Below, piece by piece: positions 19,636-29,742 of a stretch of DNA of 64,000 nucleotides. The translations under genes and the position numbers were made by a program. Position 1 is the first letter of the stretch. Each line of letters begins with the position of its first letter. Origin of the DNA: Candidatus Aenigmatarchaeota archaeon (lineage in GTDB: Archaea > Aenigmatarchaeota > Aenigmatarchaeia > CG10238-14 > SpSt-28); the NCBI GenBank assembly GCA_018920305.1, contig JAHLMO010000001.1, positions 11,473-75,472 of the forward strand. Direction: 5' to 3'. Under the pieces are notes generated by a model that was given only the letters and a program-made list of their open reading frames with translations, made no database searches and had not been told where the DNA came from.

Positions 19636-21396
19636 CTATTGTTTAGCTAAACTATTTACTAAAATATTGCCAATCTCTTTTTCATATTCTTTAATTTTTC
19701 TTAAAACGTTTAACAAAAAACTTTTGGCTTCATTTAAAACATTTTCTAAAGAATTTTTTCCCTCTATGATTTCATCCATTTTTCTTTCAAAATCTCTAGT
19801 TAACTCTTCGCTTAGAATTTCTGGACAATACTTTAAAAATATTTCTACTACCGCTTTTCCTAAGTCTGTTATTTTCATTTTATCTCCAATTACATATTTT
19901 CTATCATAAAGAGTTTTTACTATTTCCGCTCTTGTAGCTTTAGTTCCCAAATTTCTAGATTCTAATTCCTTTATTAAACTTGCTCTTGTATATCTTGCAG
20001 GAGGTTTGGTTTTCTCTTTTAATAAATTTACTGATTTTATAGGAATTTCTTCATACAAACTTAGAGTTGGCAAAATGTCTTCTTCTAATTTAATATAATC
20101 TTTATATATTTTTAGCCAATTTTCTTTAACTGTTCGATGAAAAGTATTATGAAAAATAAAATTATCAACCTTTGCAATTACTTTAATACTTTTTCTTATT
20201 GCTGGTTTATGTAAACAAACTAAAAATCTTTTAACAATTAAATCGTATAACATAATTTCTGGTTTGCTTAATTTTTTGAAGTCAGGAATTTCTTCTGTAG
20301 GTATTATTGCTGGGTGTGCAGGATCATCTTTTTTTCCTTCAACAATTTCAATTTTATCGAAAGATAAAATTTCCTTAACAAAATAACTATAAAATGGAAT
20401 TTTGCTAATGGAATTCAAAATAGGAAAAATATTTATACCTTTTAATTTCTGAGAAGAAGATCTAGGATAAGAAATATATCCTTTTAAATATAAACTTTCT
20501 GCAATTTTTAAAGTATATTCTGGCTTAAATCCAAAAACATAATAAGCTTCCTCTTGTAAATCTGTAGTGTTAAATGGTGGTAAAGGATTTAATTTATATT
20601 CTTCTTCTTTTATTTGAACAATTTTTATTTTCTTGTTTTTTATTTTTTCAATAATTTCTTTTGCTTTATTATAATCTTTAATTCTATCTTCTATGTAAAA
20701 CAAATAAAATTTTATTCCATTTTTTTCAATTTCCAACTTTATTTTATAATAAATTTCTGGCTTAAAATTTTCAATTTCTTTTTCTCTTAAATAGACTAAA
20801 TATAAAGCTGGTCCTTGAACTCTACCTATTGATAAAATTCTTTTTTCATTTGAAACCTTTCTCAAACTAATCATTAATGCTCTTGATAAATTAATCCCCC
20901 AATACCAATCTAAATAATGTCTTGCTAATCCTGCGTTTACTTGATTAATCTCAAATTCGATAAGATTACTAAAGGATTTAATTATTTCACTTTTCGTTAA
21001 TGTACTAAATTTCATTCTTTTGATTTCCTTATTTAGACCTATTAAATATTTTAATATGTTCCATGCAATTACATATCCTTCAATATCATAATCGGTTGCT
21101 ACAATAACTTTATTTACATCTCTTGCTAAATCTTTTATTAATTTTGCAAATTTTTCTGCTCTATTATCTACTATTTCCCAATCGGCATTGAAAATTGGAT
21201 AATCAAAGTTATTTTCTTGGGGTTCTAATTTAAATAAATGACCCAAAGCAGATACAACATAATAAATTTTATTATTATAATAAGAAACGAAATAAGGAAC
21301 TTTATTATTAACTATTTTTTTAGCTATTGGAAATAAACTATATGCAATTTTTCTCATAGCAGTAGGTTTTTCTGTTAAAATAATAATTTTTTCCAT
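19636..21396 (-). CDS. topA: Type IA DNA topoisomerase
   Basis: TEKP, ATDYDIEG, SIGRVQGPAL, GYISYPRS (catalytic Tyr), AHPAI, LGTKATR. Confidence 0.95.
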   Translation of the reverse strand: MEKIIILTEKPTAMRKIAYSLFPIAKKIVNNKVPYFVSYYNNKIYYVVSALGHLFKLEPQENNFDYPIFNADWEIVDNRAEKFAKLIKDLARDVNKVIVATDYDIEGYVIAWNILKYLIGLNKEIKRMKFSTLTKSEIIKSFSNLIEFEINQVNAGLARHYLDWYWGINLSRALMISLRKVSNEKRILSIGRVQGPALYLVYLREKEIENFKPEIYYKIKLEIEKNGIKFYLFYIEDRIKDYNKAKEIIEKIKNKKIKIVQIKEEEYKLNPLPPFNTTDLQEEAYYVFGFKPEYTLKIAESLYLKGYISYPRSSSQKLKGINIFPILNSISKIPFYSYFVKEILSFDKIEIVEGKKDDPAHPAIIPTEEIPDFKKLSKPEIMLYDLIVKRFLVCLHKPAIRKSIKVIAKVDNFIFHNTFHRTVKENWLKIYKDYIKLEEDILPTLSLYEEIPIKSVNLLKEKTKPPARYTRASLIKELESRNLGTKATRAEIVKTLYDRKYVIGDKMKITDLGKAVVEIFLKYCPEILSEELTRDFERKMDEIIEGKNSLENVLNEAKSFLLNVLRKIKEYEKEIGNILVNSLAKQ

Positions 21397-21421
21397 ATTT
21401 TAAAATCGGATAAAATATTTT

Positions 21422-23611
21422 ATGTATGTTATAGGAATTACTCCTGGTGTTTTTCAAATTGCTAGAGCTGCTGGTGCTGAGATTGCAAGAGAATTTGCAG
21501 GAATAGAAGAAAAATTAAGATATGGATATACCGTTGGATGTAATTTCTTTCAAATAGATCAAGAAGTTTTTGGAGAATTTGTAGAACCAAATTTAATTAA
21601 AAGAATTTCTAGATTAATTCAAGAAATGAATATTCAATGGGCATTACATGGATTATTAATTGGAGAAGTTTATCAAACATTAGAACCAATAAATTTTATT
21701 CTTTGGAAATTATCTCATTTAATTCTAAATAGAGATTTAATTTTTTTATACGAAATCTTGCAAGAAATAAAAAGGAATAATTATTCAAAAGAAGTTTTTC
21801 CACACTATACAATTTATCACGCAAGTAAAGAATTGGTTGTTGGTTATGCATACTTTAGGGAAAAAGAAATATTATCAGAAGTTTTAACTACAACTCCAGA
21901 GGGTAATACAGATTGGGATAGTTTCTTAGAAAAAAGAAGGAAATTAAAAGAATGGTTTCTAGAAAATCTATTTGAAATTTTATTTAAAAGAGAGGTTTCT
22001 AGAAGATTCGCAGGTTTTATTCCTTCTCCACTATCTCTTGCTTTAATTAATTCGTTATACATCCCTTTTAAAGATAATAAAATATCTGAAGAAGATCTAA
22101 GAAAAATTTTAGAGAAAATAAAAGAAGACATAAGTGAGATTAATATAGATAATATCGTTAGTTCTTTTAATAATCTTAAGGAAATTGGAATTAAGTTAAT
22201 TGATGAAAACATAATAAGAATTGAAGAAAAAGTTGGCAGTCCTTCTTTAATTAATTTTTTAAGAGATATATATCCAAAAATTAAAAAATTATTTGAAAAA
22301 GTAGAAATTTTCTTTAAAGAAAAAAATTTAGAAAATGAATTTAAAAAAGCGAAATTAGAAAGTTTAGAAAATTCTTATTTAATATATAAGCAACAGTATG
22401 AAAGAGGAATAGCAAAAGGTGCAATACTTTATGAAGATATAGCTATGGTACTAGTATGCAAGGATGTTGAATTTGGTTATTTCGAACCAAATTATAAATC
22501 TTTCTTATCAAAAAAGACTTGTGAATTTTTAATTAAAAGATTATTGGATGGGAAAAAAATTGAAGAGCACGTAAGAGAAGCTTATAAAAAATTAGACATT
22601 AAATTTGAAAAAGAATTAATAGATTTTGAAAGAGGAGAGATAAATTTAACTCCAAAATTAAATGTTTTAGCTTCAATCGTTTATTCAATTTCTCATTTTT
22701 TAGTTGGTATAGAGAATTTTCCCGAAATTTTGGATGAAACAAAAAGAAGGAATATTCATTTAAATGAAGAAGAAAGAAAAAGAATTGAAGAATTTGCGAA
22801 AAAAAGTCCGTATGAAAAATTGAAAATAATAATAGAGGAACTTAGAAAGATTGGAGTTGATAGAGAAGAAGCATTTTTTATTGCAATAGAAACTCCAGAA
22901 GCTTCTCCACCTTATGAAGGATTGAGAAGAATATGTAGATTAAAAGATGTCTTTATTACAAGTGAAGCTTTGAACTTAGAATTTCAAGTTAGATATAATA
23001 CAAATGAAAAAGCTTTTGCTGCATGTATTGATACAGAACATTTATTATCTAATGCATTTAATATAAACAATGAAATAGAAGAATTAATTAAATATATTGA
23101 AAAATGGAAAAACGAAATTTATTCAAGAGTCGCAATATACCATATAGGAATTCCAAAACCATATTTTGGAACTACACACATTCCCTTCGATATTGGAAGT
23201 GATGAACAATATTTAATTTATGAATATTCGTTTAAATTAAAAAAGGCTGGTTTTAATGATGAGAAAAAAAATAATTTAAAAAGATATAGTTATTTAATTT
23301 TTGAAAGAGGTGGTGGACAATTACCATTTCAATTTTTAAGAACTGTAATATTAGCATTAAGAATAATTAAGAAATATTTAGAAATGAATATAGAACCAAA
23401 TGAAATAGAAAAGAAAAAAGAATACTATTCTGAATTTTTTGGATTTGACGAACAATTTATTAGAGAAAAAGAAATTATTTTTCGACATGCACTAGAACCG
23501 TTAAAAGGACTAATTGTTTGGCCAGAAGAAACACATACAATTTTAGGAAGAGAAGCAATAGAAAGATTTAGAAAAAGACCAGAAGAATGGGCAGGAGAAG
23601 AATATAAATAA
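21422..23611 (+). CDS. Large hypothetical protein, probable xylose-isomerase/AP-endonuclease-2-like TIM barrel with large helical insertion
   Basis: Spaced metal-ligand-like motifs WALHG, YHAS, AIETPE, CIDTEH, IYHIG, HIPF, IFERGGG. Confidence 0.5.
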   Translation: MYVIGITPGVFQIARAAGAEIAREFAGIEEKLRYGYTVGCNFFQIDQEVFGEFVEPNLIKRISRLIQEMNIQWALHGLLIGEVYQTLEPINFILWKLSHLILNRDLIFLYEILQEIKRNNYSKEVFPHYTIYHASKELVVGYAYFREKEILSEVLTTTPEGNTDWDSFLEKRRKLKEWFLENLFEILFKREVSRRFAGFIPSPLSLALINSLYIPFKDNKISEEDLRKILEKIKEDISEINIDNIVSSFNNLKEIGIKLIDENIIRIEEKVGSPSLINFLRDIYPKIKKLFEKVEIFFKEKNLENEFKKAKLESLENSYLIYKQQYERGIAKGAILYEDIAMVLVCKDVEFGYFEPNYKSFLSKKTCEFLIKRLLDGKKIEEHVREAYKKLDIKFEKELIDFERGEINLTPKLNVLASIVYSISHFLVGIENFPEILDETKRRNIHLNEEERKRIEEFAKKSPYEKLKIIIEELRKIGVDREEAFFIAIETPEASPPYEGLRRICRLKDVFITSEALNLEFQVRYNTNEKAFAACIDTEHLLSNAFNINNEIEELIKYIEKWKNEIYSRVAIYHIGIPKPYFGTTHIPFDIGSDEQYLIYEYSFKLKKAGFNDEKKNNLKRYSYLIFERGGGQLPFQFLRTVILALRIIKKYLEMNIEPNEIEKKKEYYSEFFGFDEQFIREKEIIFRHALEPLKGLIVWPEETHTILGREAIERFRKRPEEWAGEEYK

Positions 23612-23666
23612 AAAACAAATAACATTTAAGTTTAAAATTATGATAAGTTTTCTAAGAATAAAATAG

Positions 23667-23751
23667 GGGCCGGTAGCTTAGCGGAAAAGCGCCGCCTTCG
23701 CATTTAAAAAGAAAAAGGCGGAGACCCCGGGTTCGAATCCCGGCCGGTCCA
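23667..23751 (+). tRNA. tRNA-Ala(CGC) with 13-nt intron (23703-23715)
   Basis: Acceptor GGGCCGG/CCGGTCC-A with G3:U70, anticodon stem CCGCC/GGCGG with TT-CGC-A, GTTCGAATC. Confidence 0.9.
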
Positions 23752-23811
23752 ATTTAAATAGAAAAAAGTACAAAACTTTTTTCATTTAAAAAGTAAATTT
23801 TTTATGTTGTT

Positions 23812-24231
23812 ATGGAAAAAAATATTAGTTTTTTTGTTAAAATTGAAAAATTAAAAAAAGCTAGAAAAAGAGAAAAAGCAAGTGAAAAAGAAATATTTGA
23901 AATATTGAAAGATGCTTATAATAAAAAAATTGTGTTTGAATCTCAAGATAAACTTATAAAATATTTAAAAGAAAAAATTGGCAATAAAAATTTACCATCT
24001 AAAGAAAAAATTAGAAAAATTATAATTAAAGTTGGTTATAAAATTAAATATTCTACAAAAAAAGTTGATAAAGAATTAGATAAATGTCCTATATGTTTTT
24101 CTCCATTATTTGAAAAATATTCGATAAATTTAAGAAATGAAAAAATTATTGAATATTATTATTGCAAATTTTGTAATTTTAAAACAAAAGATAAAAGAGA
24201 TTTGCCAATAAAACTTAAATTTATTCTGTAG
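23812..24231 (+). CDS. Hypothetical basic protein with C-terminal Zn ribbon
   Basis: CPIC...CKFC. Confidence 0.6.
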   Translation: MEKNISFFVKIEKLKKARKREKASEKEIFEILKDAYNKKIVFESQDKLIKYLKEKIGNKNLPSKEKIRKIIIKVGYKIKYSTKKVDKELDKCPICFSPLFEKYSINLRNEKIIEYYYCKFCNFKTKDKRDLPIKLKFIL

Positions 24232-24967
24232 CTCTTGGAGCTACAACAAAGTCTAATATCATTTTATCAGTTTCTTTAAATGTTAACTTAATTGGATAAT
24301 CTGTTGCCCATTGGATTATTACTGTATCTGCAACTTTTGCTACTTTACTCATTGCAACTAAATAATCTAATGGATATCTTGCTCTACTATTTTCTTCTAC
24401 CTGTAAATCAAATAAAATGTCTTGACCTCTCTCGATTTCTATATCTAAAGAACTTAACTCACCAATAGCATAAAATCTTATTTTATTTCCATTCGTAGAT
24501 ATTTCTATTTCATCAGCAATCTGTTTTGCATCATCTAAAATTCTTTTAAAACCTTCACTAGCTATTTCTGCTCTTGCTTTAAATGTTAAAGCATCTATAT
24601 TTGGTAACTCTTCTTCTGTTAAAGTTAATATCGGCATAGTAAACTTTCTTCTTGCAGAATTTTCGAAAGAAATTACTAGTTTACCTGCTTCGTCATACAT
24701 TACTAATTTATCTTTTTTTGTTCCTCTTTTTAAAATTGTTTTTAATTCGTCTAAATTTACTCCTATAGATTCTTTTTCGACCTCAAATTCTTCAAAAGCT
24801 ATTGGTAATATATTAAGTCTTATTACAGAAATTAAAGCTTTATCTGCAGCGGTAAATATTAAACCTTTATCTTTTTCAAGTTTTATTACACCTTCTTCTA
24901 CTAACTTACTTATACTATCAAAAACATCTTTAAACATTGTTGTCTCGTATGTTGATACCCTGAACAT
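24221..24967 (-). CDS. pcn: PCNA sliding clamp
   Basis: MFRV..., AADKALIS, IGVNLDEL, YPLDYL, DYPIKL, VAPR; start moved to ATG at 24967. Confidence 0.95.
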   Translation of the reverse strand: MFRVSTYETTMFKDVFDSISKLVEEGVIKLEKDKGLIFTAADKALISVIRLNILPIAFEEFEVEKESIGVNLDELKTILKRGTKKDKLVMYDEAGKLVISFENSARRKFTMPILTLTEEELPNIDALTFKARAEIASEGFKRILDDAKQIADEIEISTNGNKIRFYAIGELSSLDIEIERGQDILFDLQVEENSRARYPLDYLVAMSKVAKVADTVIIQWATDYPIKLTFKETDKMILDFVVAPRATE

Positions 24968-24983
24968 AAAAATAATATTTAAT

Positions 24984-25265
24984 TTAAATATAAAGGTTTT
25001 TATACTTAAAGAAAATTTCATTTACTTTTTTGAACTTTTCAAAATCAATTTTCTGAACTATATCAACTATAAAATCCTCTTTATCTTTTGTAAAAAAAAT
25101 TCTTACAAAATCGTTTGTATTTACTTTAAATATAGAAAGAAAAAAAATATTACAGTCTTCTATTTTAAAACCTTCATCTCTGACTTCGCTTATTTTGGAA
25201 TAGGTAAAATATTTTCCATCTTTTAGTTCTTTTGTAATTTCTTTAGGATCAATATATTTATACAT
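24984..25265 (-). CDS. Small OB-fold-like protein, possibly RPA14/RPA3-like
   Basis: NDFVRIFF...VDIVQKIDFEKFKKV resembles the end of the small RPA subunit; adjacent to PCNA. Confidence 0.4.
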   Translation of the reverse strand: MYKYIDPKEITKELKDGKYFTYSKISEVRDEGFKIEDCNIFFLSIFKVNTNDFVRIFFTKDKEDFIVDIVQKIDFEKFKKVNEIFFKYKNLYI

Positions 25266-25294
25266 AAAATGTTATTGACAAAAATTGCTTTAAA

Positions 25295-25621
25295 TTATTC
25301 ATATCCCCTCCAAGAATAATTACATTTTGTACATATATAGAATACTGTTGGTGGCTCATCAGCACTCCTTGTTTGCTGTACATAATAATATGCTTCCTCA
25401 TTACCACATTTCGGACAAATAACCTTTGTTTTTGGTAAATTTTTTTCTGACTCTTTTTTAGTAATTAAAATTGCTTCCTCGCTTTCCTTCTTTACTTTAG
25501 TCGTTATTTTTATATCATCTTCAAAAGAATAGTTTTTATCGCATTTTTTACAGTAAAAAACTATTCCTTTTTTTGTTCTCTTTGGTATTAATATATTTCC
25601 ACACTTTGGACATGTCCTCAT
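25295..25621 (-). CDS. tfs: Transcription factor S (TFS)
   Basis: Two Zn ribbons; QTRSADEPPT acidic hairpin. Confidence 0.95.
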   Translation of the reverse strand: MRTCPKCGNILIPKRTKKGIVFYCKKCDKNYSFEDDIKITTKVKKESEEAILITKKESEKNLPKTKVICPKCGNEEAYYYVQQTRSADEPPTVFYICTKCNYSWRGYE

Positions 25622-25701
25622 TATATATAAAAAGCTTTACCCTTTTATATTTTTTTAAGTAGGTAAGAAGAATATAAGAATATTTTGAAAATAAATTATT
25701 T

Positions 25702-26148
25702 ATGAAAGGAATATCCCCATTAATTGCTACAATAATTTTAATAGCCCTAACAATTGCCATTGCTGGAATATTAGGTTTATGGGTAGCAAGTTATGTTGGT
25801 ACACAAACAGCTCAAATTAATAAATCTTCAGAGGAAATTATTACAATAGAATGTTCATTAATGAAATTTGAAGTTATTTCATGTGCAAAAAATAATGATC
25901 AAGTTAGAATAATACTTTTAAACAACGGACCAATAGTCATTAATGGTTTAAAAATAAATTTTATCGAAAGAGACGAAAATGGAAATATTATAGATGTTGA
26001 TTCACAAGATCTTAATGAAAAAATTAATAGAGGAGATTATAAAGCATTTACTCAACAAATTCCTTCTAATTTTCAAAATAAAGATTTTACTTTAGAAATT
26101 AGAAGCATTCAATGTCTAGATGTAAAAAGAGAAATTATATGTAGATAA
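25702..26148 (+). CDS. Archaeal type IV pilin
   Basis: Class III signal peptide MKG/ISPLIATIILIALTIAIAG. Confidence 0.9.
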   Translation: MKGISPLIATIILIALTIAIAGILGLWVASYVGTQTAQINKSSEEIITIECSLMKFEVISCAKNNDQVRIILLNNGPIVINGLKINFIERDENGNIIDVDSQDLNEKINRGDYKAFTQQIPSNFQNKDFTLEIRSIQCLDVKREIICR

Positions 26149-26955
26149 TTAAATCAAAATTGAAAAAACTACATAGCCAATTAGCATAAGAACAATTGAA
26201 TATCTTAATCCTGGAATTATGCTTCCTTCACTCATTTTTCCTATTAACATACCACTAAAGAAACTTTGAATTAAAATTAAGTGTATTAGAATTTCTTTAA
26301 TTTCTTGGATATTTATTGCAAGTTGCTGAGATTGTTGAACTGCTGGAAGTAAAAATTTTACTAAAATTATCATTATTATTAAAAACATGAAATAAATCAT
26401 AAAACCATTTATTTTTGTTGGTGCTGATATCATTTCTCTTTCTCTTCTTACTTTTTCTGTTTCTATAATACTTCTTATAACCGCTTCTATTGTTGTATTT
26501 ACATCTCCACCTGCTTTTAAAGCTTCTCCAATAGTTATACTAATTTTTTTGATTAATTTAGATTCACTTCTTCTAGCTAAATTATTCAAAGCTTTATCAA
26601 AAGGTATTCCGAGTTTTACTTCAGAATACATTTTTTTAATTAGAGGTGAAAGAGATTTATAATCAAAATCTTTTAAATTTTCCAGTGAAGATATTATACT
26701 TCTTCCACTTCTAATATTTTCCGATAAATCTCTTAAAAAAATTGAAAAGAAAAATTCCATTTCCTTTCTTTTTCTATGTTTTTCATTAAAAATCAAAAAT
26801 ATACCTATTAATGGAATAAAGATTGCTAAAACATTTAAAGAAGTTTGAATAACTATATTTTTGAATATTTTAGAGAGAAGAAAATTGTTTAGAAAAAATA
26901 TAAATATTCCTAAAAAAATTAATATAAGTATTGTTAAAATTTCTTCGAGCTTCAT
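26149..26955 (-). CDS. Type IV pilus membrane platform protein (T2SS-F/TadC-like)
   Basis: FLRDLSENIRSG, GIPFDKAL, AGGD, GKMSEGS. Confidence 0.85.
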   Translation of the reverse strand: MKLEEILTILILIFLGIFIFFLNNFLLSKIFKNIVIQTSLNVLAIFIPLIGIFLIFNEKHRKRKEMEFFFSIFLRDLSENIRSGRSIISSLENLKDFDYKSLSPLIKKMYSEVKLGIPFDKALNNLARRSESKLIKKISITIGEALKAGGDVNTTIEAVIRSIIETEKVRREREMISAPTKINGFMIYFMFLIIMIILVKFLLPAVQQSQQLAINIQEIKEILIHLILIQSFFSGMLIGKMSEGSIIPGLRYSIVLMLIGYVVFSILI

Positions 26956-27809
26956 ATTTCAACTTCGATAGTCTTTATTATCATTAAAAAAATTATGTTT
27001 AAAAATGGTAATATTATATATGAAAAAATTTTTAACAAGTCCATTAAAGAAATAAAACCAATATTTGCTTGAATTGCTGCCATAACAACGATTATAGAAA
27101 CTAGAAGAAGTGGTGCAGATATTACTAAACCTACATATATTTCACTTATCGTACCTAATTTTTGTAAAAAATCTTCTCTCTTTATTTTCCAGTCAAACAT
27201 TAGATAATCATAAGTTACTTTTAAATAATTTTTCAAATCCCCACCACTTTCAATTATAGATGCTATATTGTTTAAAAATTTCTGAAACAATAAAGAACAA
27301 GAAGTTGAAGCAACTCTTCGTATTGCAGAAATAAAATCTTCCCCATAAACTTCTACTCTAGTAATTATTTCTTTAAATTCTTTAGAAATTGCTCCATACT
27401 CATCCTCAAATTTAGAAATTATTTTAAAAATTAGATAAGGATTAATATTACTTTCTGCTAAAGAAATCATGTGAGAAACTAATGGTATAAAATTTGACTC
27501 TATTTGAAATTTATATGAACTCTCTTTTTGGAATATATTAAAATAAAATGTCAAAAATGTAATAATAGGCAAAACAATTGGAAATAAAAATTTTATTATT
27601 AACAAATTGTCAGGAAGAGAAATGGGTATAAAAAGAAATATTATACCTATTATTAAGGATAAGAAAACAAAGAAAAAAATTCTAGCCAAATAAACAGAAT
27701 ATAGCGTTTTTGATCTTGTAGCTATTAAGGCTTTTCTTATTCTTAAAAAAAATGGAAATTTTTTTGTTCTTTCTACCAACCAAGAAAATAGTTGATATTC
27801 AAAACTCAT
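26952..27809 (-). CDS. Type IV pilus membrane platform protein (T2SS-F/TadB-like)
   Basis: EYGAISKEF, GEDFISAI, ESGGDL, EIYV. Confidence 0.85.
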   Translation of the reverse strand: MSFEYQLFSWLVERTKKFPFFLRIRKALIATRSKTLYSVYLARIFFFVFLSLIIGIIFLFIPISLPDNLLIIKFLFPIVLPIITFLTFYFNIFQKESSYKFQIESNFIPLVSHMISLAESNINPYLIFKIISKFEDEYGAISKEFKEIITRVEVYGEDFISAIRRVASTSCSLLFQKFLNNIASIIESGGDLKNYLKVTYDYLMFDWKIKREDFLQKLGTISEIYVGLVISAPLLLVSIIVVMAAIQANIGFISLMDLLKIFSYIILPFLNIIFLMIIKTIEVEI

Positions 27810-27815
27810 AAATAA

Positions 27816-29420
27816 TTAACTTTCAATTACAAAAATATAACCTAATTCTTTAGCAAGCAAATTTTCCCTTAATTTTAGAATTATTTTTTTTGCTTCTTCG
27901 TATTCTATTTTTTCCTCAATGATTTTCATTAAAAAGTTTTTATCCCTATAATATAATTTTATAATTTCTACAACTTCTTCATAAGTTCTTTTTCCACTTT
28001 TAAGAAGCCATTCTAAAACTTTTTTTCTATTCTCTATTTCTTTTTTTGCAGTTTCCAAAGATAATCCAAACTTTTCACATATCCTTGAAATTAATATGCT
28101 TTCATTAACTTTTTCTAAAATATCTTCAAATGGATTCCATCTAAATACAATATTTTGCATTATATTTCCTTTTTCATCAAGACCAACAATTTCTATTATT
28201 TCTTGAACTCTTCTTGCAAATTCTCCCTTTTCTCTTACTCTTCTCATCACTATTACTAAATCTAATGCTTCTAATAAACTTACTGGTAACTCTATTGGTG
28301 GAGAAATTAGTCTTTTTACTAGCGATGTTACATCTTCTGCATGAAATGTTGATGCGCTTGCATGTCCAGAAGCCATACCTTGAAACATTACATAAACTTC
28401 TTTTCCTCGCGTTTCTCCAACAATAACATAATCTGGATTCATTCTAAGACTTTCTCTTAATAAATCGAATAAATTTACTTCTCCATATTTTGATCCTGTA
28501 GGTAAAGGTAAACCAAAACCTGTTCTAGTAACCAAAGGAACCCAATGTTCATGCATAAATCTTAATTCCCTAGTATCTTCTATGCTAACTATTTTTGCTT
28601 CTGGCTTAATAAAAATTCCAAGGCTGTTTAATAAGCTTGTTTTTCCACTTCCTACTCCACCAATAATTAAAAAAGAAATTTTATGTTCGATCAAAAACCA
28701 AAGATAAGCTAAAGCTTCTATGTTTATCGTTTTTAATTCTACTAATTCAATTGGAGAGAAAGGTTTTTCGGTAAATTTTCTTATAGTAAAGGAAGGTCCT
28801 CTTTGGGAAACTTCTTCGCTAAATGTTGCACTAACTCTAGAACCATCTGGTAAAGAACCTTCTAATAGTGGTTCTGCATAAGATACATGTCTTCCACATC
28901 TTTGAGCTAATTTTATAATAAATTCTTTTAATTCATCGACATCATTAAAAATTATATTAGTTCTTATGTTCCCAAAATATCTATGTGTTACATAAATTGG
29001 AATATTTATTCCGCTACAGCTTATATCTTCAATATATGGATCATTCATTAGAGGTTCTATCTTACCTAATCCTATAAAATCCCTAGAAATATAATAAGAA
29101 ATCTTCAATAAGCTTTCGCTATCAATTTTAACTTTTAATATTTTTAAAACTTTTTTAATTGCGTCTTCTAATAACTTATTTAATTTTTCCCTATCTTTAA
29201 TAGCTATTATATTAACATCTAAGTATTCTAGTATAAGTTCTTTTATCTTTTCTAACTGTTTTTTTTCATTATCACTTAATTGTGGCTCAATTACTTCATA
29301 AACTATTGACTTTAAATTTCTATCATAAAAAATATGAGCATATGCAAAAGATTTTATTAATTCATAAGAAATATTTAGATCTTCTAATTTTTCCGGAATT
29401 CTTATTTCCTTTTCATTCAT
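27816..29420 (-). CDS. Type IV pilus assembly ATPase (FlaI/VirB11-like)
   Basis: DPYIEDISC, LPDGSR, TIRKF, GGVGSGKTS, SIEDTRE, PDYVIVGETRG, GH...TFHA. Confidence 0.95.
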   Translation of the reverse strand: MNEKEIRIPEKLEDLNISYELIKSFAYAHIFYDRNLKSIVYEVIEPQLSDNEKKQLEKIKELILEYLDVNIIAIKDREKLNKLLEDAIKKVLKILKVKIDSESLLKISYYISRDFIGLGKIEPLMNDPYIEDISCSGINIPIYVTHRYFGNIRTNIIFNDVDELKEFIIKLAQRCGRHVSYAEPLLEGSLPDGSRVSATFSEEVSQRGPSFTIRKFTEKPFSPIELVELKTINIEALAYLWFLIEHKISFLIIGGVGSGKTSLLNSLGIFIKPEAKIVSIEDTRELRFMHEHWVPLVTRTGFGLPLPTGSKYGEVNLFDLLRESLRMNPDYVIVGETRGKEVYVMFQGMASGHASASTFHAEDVTSLVKRLISPPIELPVSLLEALDLVIVMRRVREKGEFARRVQEIIEIVGLDEKGNIMQNIVFRWNPFEDILEKVNESILISRICEKFGLSLETAKKEIENRKKVLEWLLKSGKRTYEEVVEIIKLYYRDKNFLMKIIEEKIEYEEAKKIILKLRENLLAKELGYIFVIES

Positions 29421-29433
29421 AAATAAAATTATT

Positions 29434-29715
29434 CTACATTTTTAGTTTTTTTCTTACAGCTTTTCCTGGTTGAACTACTCCCAAAAATCTTGCACATTTT
29501 GGACAGACTCTTAATTTTACAGAACTTAAACTAACTAAGTTTGGATTTACGTTTTTTAATATAAGAGGATCTTTTATTGAAAATTTCTTATTTATAATAA
29601 AGGTTTTATATCTAGGATATAATCCACCACACAAATCACAGTGAATATGATATTCATTACCTCTAGCTTTTGTATGCTGATAAGTTCTTTTATATGGTGC
29701 TTTGCTTATTGGCAT
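29434..29715 (-). CDS. rps26e: Ribosomal protein eS26
   Basis: MP...RG...IHCDLCGGLYPRYK...VCPKCARFLGVV matches the S26e Zn-finger layout. Confidence 0.75.
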   Translation of the reverse strand: MPISKAPYKRTYQHTKARGNEYHIHCDLCGGLYPRYKTFIINKKFSIKDPLILKNVNPNLVSLSSVKLRVCPKCARFLGVVQPGKAVRKKLKM

Positions 29716-29742
29716 ACAAAAATATGTATGAAAAATATATAT

